Numbered from the stretch's first letter, positions 12,786 through 29,230 are shown. The stretch: 64,000 nt of DNA from Eledone cirrhosa (GCA_964016885.1 OZ024740.1:344534001-344598000), one strand, 5' to 3'. The notes: generated by a model not told the origin, from the sequence alone. Made by a program: numbers and translations.

Positions 12786-13476
12786 GTTTATGTAACTGGG
12801 ATCCATCTTTATTGGAATATATATTCCTTACATAGTTACAAAATCTTTAAATTAATTAATAGAGTTGTGGAAAATGGGATTATATAATTTCCATAGTTTT
12901 TAATTGTGATTTTTTCGTAAGCAAACTCTAATCTGTTGAAAGGGGAAGGGAATGTGAAAGCTATCAACAATATTTTGATATTAATTATCTGCAGCGGTTA
13001 CAACTATTTCCATTGGAATTTAAGAAAAGAAAATTGCATCTACATACAATTTCATATAATTTTCATTTTAGTGAAAGTGAATGAATCATTATAAATATGT
13101 GTCATTCAAAAAGAATTGCAATTATGCAGTGCAAAATACTAATATCGTTAGAATTATATTGTGGTATTATTTTCCGTTTAATTAGGATCCTTGTCCTAAT
13201 AACAATGATGAATATAATATTTCATCTTTCTAGGGGGTCAATAAAATATAATACCTGATGTAGCAGGAACAATACAATCTTTTTCCGAAGCTTGAAGATC
13301 ATATATAAAGAAATAATAACCATTCTGAAAATATATGCATTGAAAACTGATGGTTGAACATACCAGCAGAACGTGCAAATTCTGATAATGGTGAATAGGT
13401 GTATTTACTATGAAGGTCGATTGAATTTGTTTAAGTGTACGACGAATACCAATATATATATGTATATATACTTTCA

Positions 13477-15600
<2,124 letters not shown>

Positions 15601-15689
15601 ATATATATATATATATATATATATTTATTAAAATAACAGATTAAAGTATCGAGCCCTCTTTGGATTTTAGTTTTCAAATTTATTATTAT

Positions 15690-15739
<50 letters not shown>

Positions 15740-16639
15740 GTGTATATATTAAACAACATAAGATAGTTATTTCATTTACCAGTGGTTTCTTGAAAGCAAG
15801 CACAATTTGCTTTCAGTCACCATTATTTAAATATGATTAGATGTTTAGTTAATCAGTTAAATCAGTTAAATATTGAGATCAATATATAAAAAATTGGGAT
15901 CTATATATTAAGAAATCTATATATTATTATATTGTTAAAGATCCATATATTATATAACGCGTATACATGCGCAAAAATATATACATATAAATATATATAC
16001 ACACTTATAAAAATATATATACATATCTAACTACGTATATAATATATACATACAAAATATAAAGGATTCTTTAATTTAAGATATAGGAATCTTATAAAAT
16101 AAAAGAAGGAAAATGATGTTATATAGTTATATCAATGTTACAATTGTTAAGATATTAATGGAAATTTTATGTTATACACACTTTATGTTATTAAACAAAA
16201 TTTTTTTTATATACGTTTTATGAGATTACCTGTAATGTATTTATGGCTGTTATTATATGTCTATTTGTCACGAATCTTGGGATAATCACTATACATAAGT
16301 GCAATCGAATTGTATGGATATACACGCACATGTACATACACAATTCCCACATATACATACATATATGTAACAACACAAATAGGTAGATACGCATCACGTA
16401 TATATATACATACAGATAGACAAACACGCATAAAAGATATGTACATTTATGTCAATACACACATATACATATATAAACACATATATAGAGAGAAGTATAA
16501 AGTACATAGTATAATTGAAGTACATAAAATACAAAAGATTTATATTACGATTTGGAAATATAATTATAAGCAATATAACTTTAAAAACAATATAACTTTA
16601 AAATATTATAGAATATTTCAAGTTATAATTTCAAAATAA

Positions 16640-17411
16640 TAGTATGTTTAATAAATTTAGTATAGAGATTTTCTATGTATATTTAACTTAATTTTATATC
16701 CATAAGAGAAATAAACAGAAACTTTGAATGGATAAACTTTCGAAAATAGGAGAAACTATCAAACAATAAAAAATAAAAATATAAGAAATATGTTCTCCTT
16801 TTTAGAGCCCTAAGTATATTTCTCTAGAATAGTTTATTATATTTATTTATATTTAAGAAAAGTTATTTTTACTTGAGTGTATAATCAGTCAAAAAGATGA
16901 AGGAATCTAATGATTTATTGACAGGTTCAATATATTAATAGAATTAATTAATTAATTATATATTACATTTTAAATTTATATTTAAACGTTGAGTTTAATC
17001 TATGTCTACAGCAGCTGAATAAATTATTCCTTAAGTTCAGGGAATTTTTGGTCTTTAATATAAAGAATATTTGCTCTATACAAAGATCACATTTTTCTGA
17101 AGAGGAGTAAAAAGGAGTAGCTTTTGAAATAATATTCCAAATCAACGAATATTCAACGTTCTTTAGTTTGAGGTCCCATAATAGGCTAGATAGAGAAGTT
17201 GAAGATTTTTTGTTTGGATCTGTAAAATAATTTTTATGATTATTGAAGCTGGATTTAAACTCTGTCGAAGTGGATCCCGCATAATTAAATGAATTTAAAT
17301 TAGTTTTTACATTACAATTATATACTATATTTTTAGCTAAGCAATTGTTATTTAACGGACAGTTAGATTTATTTCTACAGTTACATTTATCAAATTGGAT
17401 ATTGCTTGAGT

Positions 17412-17415
<4 letters not shown>
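16640..17415 (-). mobile_element. Penelope-like element GIY-YIG fragment
   Basis: CNCRNKSNCPLNNNCLAKNIVY..YAGSTSTEFK..NNH..LWDLK..CDLCIEQ..LN..SCCRH; 5' side abuts (TA)n; left boundary approximate. Confidence 0.85.
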
Positions 17416-17447
<32 letters not shown>

Positions 17448-17527
17448 CAAAATACAAAAATATTATATATATATAAAAATAAAAAAAAAATGTGGAAGGG
17501 GTAAACAAATAGTTGGGAATACGACAA

Positions 17528-17566
<39 letters not shown>

Positions 17567-17760
17567 AGGTATAAATGTTTATAGCTGATTTAGAGCACTC
17601 AACAAGTTCCTGGACCAAATAATCAATGAAAATAAACATTAAATCACTCTGTATGTAATTATGCATATACATACACTTATATACATACACACACAATCAT
17701 ACAAATATATATATATACACATATATACATACACACACAATCATACAAATATATACACAC

Positions 17761-17804
<44 letters not shown>

Positions 17805-17965
17805 TAGAATTGGAGCTCTGAAATAGCAATATATATATAAATGTATATATAATGTATTTTGCAATACACTTTATGCTTAATTAAAAGCATTTTGAAGACC
17901 GTATGCTATTGTTTTAGAGTAGTGACAAACTCACTTACTTTAATCTCAGCAAACAAGGGGAGATA

Positions 17966-18010
17966 AGCCGACAAGGCCTTGTTTCGCATTTATTGATTCT
18001 TATCAAGGCT
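17966..18010 (-). ncRNA. Type I hammerhead, U3-A8 variant (helix II mismatch)
   Basis: Same as 18910-18954 but GAAT replaces GCAT in helix II. Confidence 0.65.
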
Positions 18011-18284
18011 AACTACTCCCTCCTGTCTACTGATATCACTGATGTTATATTCTTATAGAATTCTAGTAAATAATCAGGAACTGATTATACAGAGCGGTTG
18101 CCGGTCAGGCAGAAATTAAAAATTAGAATTGGAGCTCTGAAATAGCAATATATATATGAATGTATATATAATGTATTTTGCAATACACTTTATGCTTAAT
18201 TAAAAGCATTTTGAAGACCGTATGCTATTGTTTTAGAGTAGTGACAAACTCACTTACTTTAATCTCAGCAAACAAGGGGAGATA

Positions 18285-18328
18285 AGCCGACAAGGCCTTG
18301 TTTCACATTTATTGATGCTATCAAGGCT
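18285..18328 (-). ncRNA. Type I hammerhead, U3-A8 variant (1-nt core deletion)
   Basis: Core reads TTGATA, helix II 3' strand ATGT; probably inactive. Confidence 0.55.
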
Positions 18329-18584
18329 AACTACTCCCTCCTGTCTACTGAGATCACTGATGTTATATTCTTATAGAATTCTAGTAAATAATCAGGAACT
18401 GATTATACAGTGCGATTGCCGGTCAGGCAGAAATTAAAAATTAGAATTGGAGCTCTGAAATAGCAATATATATATGAATGTATATATAATGTATTGTGCA
18501 ATACACTTTATGCTTAATTAAAAGAATATAACATCATTATAATAATATAACATCAGTGATCTCAGTAGACAGGAGGGAGTAGTT

Positions 18585-18629
18585 AGCCTTGATAAGCATC
18601 AATAAATGCGAAACAAGGACTTGTCGGCT
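18585..18629 (+). ncRNA. Type I hammerhead, U3-A8 variant
   Basis: AGCC-TTGATAA-GCAT-caataa-ATGC-GAA-ACAAG-ga-CTTGT-C-GGCT; helix I extends across 18559-18652. Confidence 0.8.
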
Positions 18630-18909
18630 TATCTCCCCTTGTTTGCTGAGATTAAAGTAGGTGAGTTTGTCACTACTCTAAAACAATAGCGTACGGTCTT
18701 CAAAATGCTTTTAATTAAGCATAAAGTGTATTGCAAAATACATTATATATACATTCATATATATATATATATTGCTATTTCAGAGCTCCAATTCTAATTT
18801 TTAATTTCTGCCTGACCGGCAACCGCTCTGTATAATCAGTTCCTGATTATTTAATAGAATTCTATAAGAATATAACATCAGTGATCTCAGTAGACAGGAG
18901 GGAGTAGTT

Positions 18910-18954
18910 AGCCTTGATAAGCATCAATAAATGCGAAACAAGGCCTTGTCGGCT
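18910..18954 (+). ncRNA. Type I hammerhead, U3-A8 variant
   Basis: AGCC-TTGATAA-GCAT-caataa-ATGC-GAA-ACAAGGCCTTGT-C-GGCT; palindromic helix III, GUC triplet. Confidence 0.8.
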
Positions 18955-19142
18955 TATCTCCCCTTGTTTGCTCAGATTAAAGAAAGTGAGTTTGTCACTA
19001 CTCTACAACAATAGCACACGGTCTTCAAAATGATTTTAATTAAGCATGAAGTGTATTGCAAAATACATTATATATACATTCATATATATATTGCTATTTC
19101 AGAGCTCCAATTCTAATTTTTAATTTCTGCCTGACCGGCAAC

Positions 19143-20035
19143 ATTTTTCAGTGGTACACAAAGAACAATTCTTTGTGCCACTTTAGTAATCCCTCGAATG
19201 GACTAAAATAGACCAATCGATAGAGTACGGGATGTTTTTATCTTTGAATTCCCACACCTTATTTGCGAGAGCCGTTGCTGTTCTTTTATCAGAGTGTTTA
19301 AAAGAAGCGACATGTGCATAAAACCTGGTTTTGACCTGTCCTGAGTCATTCCAACATATCGTTCACTCCTGGCTGACTGGTTGTTAATCAAAGGTGTCAC
19401 TTTGGCCTCATATACAACGGATGTGGTATTACATTTGCCCTGTAATGGGCATTCATCCGGCTTCCTGCAACTGCATCCTGGATTTATTCTCGTACGATTA
19501 GAATTGATGATTTTAGACTTCATTGATGGGCAGCAAGAGTAACTGATTTTAACTATATTTCTATTAAATGTCTTATAATATCTATGATTAGGGGGGAAAA
19601 TGTTTGTCTAAGAGGTCAAGGAATTTCCTTCCTACATTAGTTTTGAGAGTTAGAGAGAATATGGGTGTTAAACAAATAATTTCCCTTTTCCTATTATTGA
19701 TATCAGTTTTAGGGGGGGGGGGGGAGTAGGTAAGTATTTAATATGTCCTGTAAAGCCGCTGTTATTAAGGGCTTTATTATAATAACGGGGCGGCTTTGTT
19801 AAACATGTCTAGAGACGAAGATAAGGTAGAAATCCTACGGCTAATATTGGGAATAAGATTTTTTTAAACTATAGGGGGATGGCAAGACTCTTTGTGTATA
19901 TATCTTAGATTTTCGTTAGGTTTATGATAAGGTTTAAAATAGGCAGTAAGTAGATCAAGATTAATGTCAAGAAAGTTAGCATTGGTAAGGTTCGTATCTA
20001 TAGTAATTTTAAGGTTTAGGTTAGCAAAAGTATTG
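19143..20035 (-). mobile_element. Penelope-like element RT-thumb plus GIY-YIG fragment (frameshifted)
   Basis: LKITIDTNLTNANFLDINLDL..PYHKPN..YIHKESCHP; CSCRKPDECPLQGKC..VVYEAKV..YVGMT; truncated after CSLCTTEK by the repeat array. Confidence 0.85.
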
Positions 20036-20059
20036 TATGTATATGTATATATGTGTGTA

Positions 20060-20116
<57 letters not shown>

Positions 20117-20401
20117 ATGTATATGTGTGTGTGCGTGTGTTGTTTATTACATAACTAATAAGCTCTGGAACCTACATAGAGCACTCTTTTTTCCTGGACC
20201 TTTCCAACGGAATTACTTCATTTACATACACACCCACACCCGCACACACATACACACATATATATATACATATATATGTAGGAGGTGAGTTTTATTGTAG
20301 TACAATAAAGCAATGCAGATATCGGATAAGAAGCACTCTACAGTTTGTAGGACTGGAGTATACATAATATAAGATCAAAAGATGGTCAAAGGAGTTCCAT
20401 G

Positions 20402-20472
20402 TATTTTATTATGCGCATTTCAAAAACAAACATCATCATGCAATAATATTTGTGTTTTCATCAGATAAAACA
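20402..20472 (-). ncRNA. Type I hammerhead (left arm of palindrome)
   Basis: Reverse complement of 20588-20658. Confidence 0.7.
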
Positions 20473-20587
20473 GGAGAACATGATATGAAGGCTAAAAAAC
20501 ACTTGTGGATAGTGCAGTTATTTTTAATATGTTGATTTAAAACTGCACTATCCACAAGTGTTTTTTAGCCTTCATATCATGTTCTCC

Positions 20588-20658
20588 TGTTTTATCTGAT
20601 GAAAACACAAATATTATTGCATGATGATGTTTGTTTTTGAAATGCGCATAATAAAATA
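20588..20658 (+). ncRNA. Type I hammerhead (right arm of palindrome)
   Basis: TGTTTTAT-CTGATGA-[AAAC ACAAATATTATT gcat GATGATGTTTGT TTTT]-GAA-ATGCGCAT-A-ATAAAATA; palindromic helix III, AUA triplet. Confidence 0.7.
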
Positions 20659-20869
20659 CATGGAACTCCTTTGACCATCTTTTGATCTTATATTATATAC
20701 ATATATATATATATATAGTAATAATAATAAATTTGAAGACTAAAATCCTAAGAGGGCTCGATAAGGATAAATATATATCAAATATATAAGAACCGCAGAG
20801 CAAATATTTATTAAAGTAACAGATTAAAGTTTAAGCAAATAATCGGTGCTATCACCCTTAACGGCATCT

Positions 20870-20928
<59 letters not shown>

Positions 20929-21888
20929 CTCTAATAAGGTATTACAAAGGCTCATTCTTTAACAATACGATATCACCACTCACGAATCAAATCACCAAGA
21001 TGCAGTTGTCTGTTCGTCTTACTTCACTCTTTTTCTGAGTGTTTTTTTGCTTACGTTTACATACATGCAAGTCGCCTTGCATGTTCTCGCTAACTAAGCC
21101 TTTTTACATGGTCACTCCGTCACTCCTCTTTCAGTTACTTTAGTTTTTTTTCCCCCGCTCTCATTTCTCTCTCTGCGTTTACAATTCTCCAACTTGTTTC
21201 TCTCATTATCATTTTCTTGCCTTTTACCTTCCTCTTTTGACAATCCTTCTATTTTTCATCCCTCAGATATGGTTGCTAGAAGAACCTCTCTTGTTAAGTA
21301 CGTGTTGAAACTAATAGAACATTTCCTCCACTTGGTATGTTGGTATGTTGCACATTTTACGTGTACACCAAAGCCCTCTATTCCAAATGTTATTTAAAAA
21401 GCAAAGATTGTATGAATCATATGAAGGGTCATAGGGCAGATCCTATATCGACATTGAGCCCTGCTGAACAGGTTGAAGTACCAAACAGGGGCAGTCATAG
21501 ACAAATCAGATTGACACCTGACGATCCAGAGTTGCCAAAGAACTAATTAAATACACCCACAGCACGCGTGGCGATACATCCTTAACGGTTCCAATAAGAT
21601 TCAAAGTTTCTGTGGGGAGCTATGTAGATCATTACCTTAGAATCTATAAACGTTATAGCTTCTCAGGTGATGATATACATATCAAAGGACAACTAGTGAG
21701 AGCATATTCTCTTAACTCTTCCCATTAATTGCGGGCTTACTATTTAACTGTGCAGCAGGGAAATACCCATAATTCCATGTAATATAATCTTTACTGCGTA
21801 GATAGTTTCTTTCATACATCTGACAATGTTTATTCTTCATTAAATGATAATATAATAAATATCACGCACGCACGCACGCCGGCACGCA

Positions 21889-21971
<83 letters not shown>

Positions 21972-21974
21972 TGA

Positions 21975-22135
21975 TTTTCTAGCAAGATTTCTTACCTGAA
22001 AACGTCTGTTAAATCAGATATTGTTATATTTGGGAGTCATGCTGCCAATATTGTATAGGGCAGAACAAAAGAAGGACACAAAATAAAAACCATGTCTCTG
22101 AGGAGGTCACAGACTGTGTTATCGAAGCAACAAAC
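21975..22135 (+). mobile_element. Decayed PLE terminal-repeat fragment (family 2 motif plus eroded copy of the 24071 hammerhead)
   Basis: 21975-22050 matches 23878-23952; 22055-22130 (CTGAGGAGGTCACA..TGTG) matches the minus strand of 24071-24165. Confidence 0.6.
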
Positions 22136-22902
22136 GAACCAAGCAGAAATTTACAATAAATTGAAATGAAAACCAACAGGTGCATGTGTTTTTATTGGCA
22201 GCATGACTCTCCCAAAGTATAACAATATATATATATAAGGGGGATGGTTAATGGTAGAACTTCTTTCAATACTCTCTCTATCTTCCTCGCATTCACTTCT
22301 TTCCTTAAGGACGTGAACACACATATATGTGTGTTAGTGTAACTCTCATTGCAACTCGTCCACTTCTTAAACTTTTGTTTTCTTTCTTTTTGTACATATA
22401 TATATATATACACACATAATTGTGTGCGTGCATTTCTGTTCGTGGGTTTGTGTGAGTGCGTAAGTATGTGGCGTAAGGCGGCTGTGTAAGGGTGGGGGGG
22501 GGGGGTGAGTGACAGTGCGAGAGAGAGAGAATGAGAGAGAATGATTGCATGTGTGTCATTGTGGATGAACTTCTCTGTTATTCTTTAGCCTTCCAGCTTC
22601 ACCTATTCGCCAATCAACGTCTGCGAGATCATTTGGAGCAGCCGTTTCTGAATGGACTCGAAAAAAGGGCCGCCAGAGACAATCCGCACTTCATCTTGTA
22701 TTTCTCAATAGTCGGATTGACTGCGGATGACAAGATTTTTACGTGAAAGTTCAATGATTGACGTAACATTAACGTTGTCAGCGGAGCATTTCTACTTTAG
22801 TGGTTATTTTATAAATAAATAAATAATATTAGGATTAATAACAAACGAACAAAAATATAGATCTACTTACACACAGCCACAGATTCACAAACACACAGAC
22901 AA

Positions 22903-22948
<46 letters not shown>

Positions 22949-22953
22949 TTATA

Positions 22954-23003
<50 letters not shown>

Positions 23004-23075
23004 ATATATATATATAAATATATATAAATATATATATAACTAAATATACACATATATATATATAGAGAGAGAGAG

Positions 23076-23111
<36 letters not shown>

Positions 23112-23521
23112 CTGAGAAGAGAGAGACGTATGTATATATTCACATACATATATATGATAATTTAATAAAAATTTAAAGCCAAAGGAAAATATTACTAAAA
23201 TAATATAAAAAAAGAAACATCGAAGAAAATAAAGAAATTAAAAGAACAAAAAACTTTTCATCCCTCTCACTTTCCCAGTTTTTCTCCCTCACTCTATATC
23301 TTATTTGAATATGTGTCTGTATAAGTGTGTTTGCGTGCGCGTGTGTATGCGTCTGTGTATGTACGTGCGTGTGTATGTGTAGTGTAAGTGGCACCTGCAT
23401 TACTGTTCTTTGAATGTTCCATGATTATATTTTCTATTACTACGGCAGCCCATATAGTATTTTTCTGAGTGGATGGAAAATCTAGCTACGCAACAGCTGG
23501 AGATGATGGTTCTATATGTTG

Positions 23522-23560
23522 GCACTACTGATGAGATGTTTCCTTGAAATTGTCTAATGC
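23522..23560 (+). ncRNA. Minimal/degenerate type I hammerhead
   Basis: GCACTA-CTGATGA-GAtgtttccTT-GAAA-TTG-TC-TAATGC; helix I 5/6 paired, helices II and III weak. Confidence 0.45.
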
Positions 23561-23692
23561 GTATTCTCTTCTATTTTCTCTCCCTTTTTTTCCTTTTTGT
23601 TTTTGTCAGTTTCCTATCTCATGAAACTATAATATATGAACTTGCTTTGAAATAAAAAGAAAATACGATATAATATATATGTGCGTTTGTGT

Positions 23693-23812
<120 letters not shown>

Positions 23813-23822
23813 ATATATATAT

Positions 23823-23853
<31 letters not shown>

Positions 23854-23892
23854 GAATATATTTCGTTTCTGAATTTGTTTAGCAAGATTCTT

Positions 23893-23928
23893 TATCTGAA
23901 AACGTGTGTTGAAACCGATATTGTTATA
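23893..23928 (+). ncRNA. Hammerhead-like motif, non-canonical core family 2
   Basis: TAT-CTGAAAAC-GTGTGTT-GAA-ACCGATATTGT-T-ATA; homologues at 21993-22028 and 54560-54596. Confidence 0.35.
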
Positions 23929-23989
23929 CTTTGGGAGCGTCATGTTGCCAATAAGAAACACACGCACTAGTAGCTTTCACTTCAATGTA

Positions 23990-24868
23990 TTATAATAAAT
24001 TTAAAATTTAGGAATTTATAAATTTCCCGTTGGTTGGTTGGTTCCACAACCAGATGATTGTTTATATATTGTCAAAGTTCTTTCGTCACACATTATGTGA
24101 CCTCTTCAGTGACTGGGGATTATTTTCTTTGTTTTTGTGCCTCTCCTTTGTTCTGTCCTACGGCATCTTGTTTGTGTGTGTGTCGTGTGCTTAGTTTGCG
24201 CATGTGTTACATCCAGGTGTCTGTGTGTGTTTATATTTGTTTATTTATTTGTTTATTTACATGTTACTGGTTGGTTGTTTGTTCTATGTGCGTGTGTGTT
24301 TTCATTTTGTCCTTAATTGTAAGTTGTGATGTTGCTGTTCCATTCATGTTTTTTATTTAATTTTGGTTGGAGTTCATTTATGTTTATTGCCTCTGTGATT
24401 TGTCTAAACATTGCGTCTTTTCTGTGTGTAGATTCTATTTTTATTTCTATGTTCTCTAATTTACTCTTATGTTCTAGTTTAGCATGTTGGTAGAGTACAG
24501 ATGATTCTTTACTATCTTCAAGGTCTCGCCAGTGTTCAGTTATCCGTTCCCCTATACTACGAGCTGTCTCACCTATGTACACTATATTCTTATCTCTACA
24601 TTGTCCTTCAGTACATCTTATGCTATATACTACATTTCTAGTTTTACAGTTAATTTGGGGGCTTAATTTACAGATTATTCATTTCTTATCTATACAGGGA
24701 GGTCTTTGGAAAGGGTATGTATTGCTAATAAGTGTTTTTATGGAGGTACCTGGTCTTTCTACTATCTTATTATTGAGTTTATGTTTATCTAGGGTCCTTC
24801 TAAATTTGTAAGCTAATTCACCTCTAGGGGTTGTATCAATGAACATTACACTCTGGTATTTATTGCTA
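23990..24868 (-). mobile_element. Penelope-like element 3' end (GIY-YIG plus 3' region with HHR)
   Basis: [63 protein letters not shown]. Confidence 0.88.
24071..24113 (-). ncRNA. Minimal type I hammerhead, sense to the PLE ORF
   Basis: GTCA-CTGAAGA-G-GTCACA-taatg-TGTGAC-GAA-AG-aa-CT-T-TGAC. Confidence 0.78.
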
Positions 24869-24869
24869 T

Positions 24870-27339
<2,470 letters not shown>

Positions 27340-27340
<1 letters not shown>

Positions 27341-27811
27341 ATAACAATACTTGAGTGCATTAGAGTTAAACACACTCGTCGTATTAGAGAAAAGACAGTA
27401 TAAGATATAGCTCAATGTTATCTAACAGAGCCGAAAAATTATATAAAAAATAAACAAAGAAGCCTTTAATTCATCAAAAATCTTTATTTGCTGACAGTGT
27501 TTCGTCCCATTAATAAGAACTCATCAGAGCAAGGAAAAAGACAAGTAGTATTAACGGCCAGAACAAGCCAAAACTGAGAAGAACAGCTAATGGTTATTTA
27601 TGAAAATTTTGGAAAATTATCATGGAAAGACATGCTAAATCTAATAGGGTGCATTTGTAAATAAAGACTATAGGGCAAGAGAGCAGGCAAGACATTAAAC
27701 AAACCCACGTTAGAAGTACAATATAAGCCCAATACTAGAAATACAACATGGTAATACAATGTGAGAATTATAATATACAATACAATACAATAGATAATAC
27801 AGAAATAAAAC

Positions 27812-27847
<36 letters not shown>

Positions 27848-29230
27848 CACACTCACTCTGACACATATATATATACACATTTACACATACACATAACACA
27901 AATATAAATATAAGCATTATAATCGAATAATCACCCTGACGGTGTGATTAAACAATACCAAAATCAATGAAAGTAATATATTGACATTAAAAAAATATAT
28001 AAAAATTCATCCTACGTATCATGTAAAGTCAACTAAATGTGTATAAAAATATAATGTATTTCACAGGGTAAAAAATAATAATAATACCATATAATAATAT
28101 AAAGTCCGGTGGAAAAATATATATAAATATATATAATAGACAATAAATATACGGAGATATAGGCAGATCAAATCCATATGATAATACATATTAATATTTC
28201 AATACCGGACACATACTTATAATTCAAATACATATAATATAATATTATATTAATATTTCAATAGCAGACACACAATAGCAAGGGAAAAAGCTTAAGACAT
28301 ATTTACACGATAAATTCAAGGACACCAGTGACGGCTGATAGGAAAGACAGACAGCAAGTGGTAGCAAAGCAAAACGAAAACAAAAACAAAAAACAAAAAC
28401 AAACACAAAATCACGTAGGCGCAACAAACGGTTAGGTGAAAATAGAAGATACTACTATTCTAAACCAAAAAATTGAATTGAAACCCTTATTAATTTAATT
28501 AATCTTAAAATAGTTGAATAAACATTATGGGTCACTTCATATAGAATAACATTTAAGTCATCAATGCCGACAGAGATCAAGATATTTCAACAAATGAGCC
28601 AATATATTTATCGAAGATATGTTAAAATCCGTCGTGACGACTAACGTTATCCAAAGTAAAAACTCCAATTAAAACTATGGTAGACAAAGGGGAACAGAAA
28701 GAAGTAAAACTAGGGAGGGCAAGAAGGAACATAAAAGTATCATATATATATTCAATAAGGCGAAGATAAAGTGTAAAAAGGTTGAGGTTCATTAGCCTAA
28801 GATGTAGGAGACTAAAATTAAACTATTCAATAAGATACACTCCAACCAGGGATGAAAATAAAGATAGGAATATATAAGTCGACAAGGAAGAGTAAAAATG
28901 TAATAATGGTCAAGGTGATAAATGGGCTAAAACAGCTAAGAAAACTAGAAAAACTAAAAACAATAAACCGTAGAAAACTAATAATAATAATAATGAATAA
29001 AACACCTAACTGATAAGGAATCAAAGCAGATAATATATACGGTTTAAACTACCTGAGCTTTTAGGTTTATAATAGAAGAAGGAATTAGAGATAGCATGCG
29101 GACAGGAGGAAAATATTTCAGATTTTCTATTAAGCAATACGTTCCTAGAGAAAATTATAGAATGGGTCTCTAGAATACAAAGATTACAGAATCTAGCGTG
29201 GTTAGAAAGGTGATTAGAGTGGGCTACATA
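27340..29230 (-). mobile_element. Penelope-like element: last codons of GIY-YIG plus probable long 3' region with HHR
   Basis: 29230-29060 translates ..FCNLCILETHSII..LLNRKSEIFSSCPH; same-strand HHR at 27488; continuity across the TA tract at 27815-27845 is inferred. Confidence 0.6.
27488..27532 (-). ncRNA. Canonical minimal type I hammerhead
   Basis: TTGCT-CTGATGA-GTTCT-tattaat-GGGAC-GAA-AC-act-GT-C-AGCAA. Confidence 0.82.

Larger units (their letters stand above)
17801..19142. repeat. About 319-bp HHR-containing unit: 2.3 tandem copies (17801, 18120, 18438) then about 1.9 inverted copies (18544-19142); retrozyme/pLTR-like
   Basis: Near-identical units read directly; orientation switch at about 18522-18545; abuts a PLE ORF fragment on the right and (TA)n on the left. 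Confidence 0.9.
20364..20696. repeat. Perfect inverted repeat, 156-bp arms (20364-20519 and 20541-20696), 21-bp spacer
   Basis: Arms read as exact reverse complements. Confidence 0.92.

Noticed and set aside
20840-20875. Minus-strand GAGAAGATGCC-gttaa-GGGTGATA hammerhead-like remnant
   Set aside because: Both core boxes deviate and helices I and III cannot be formed.
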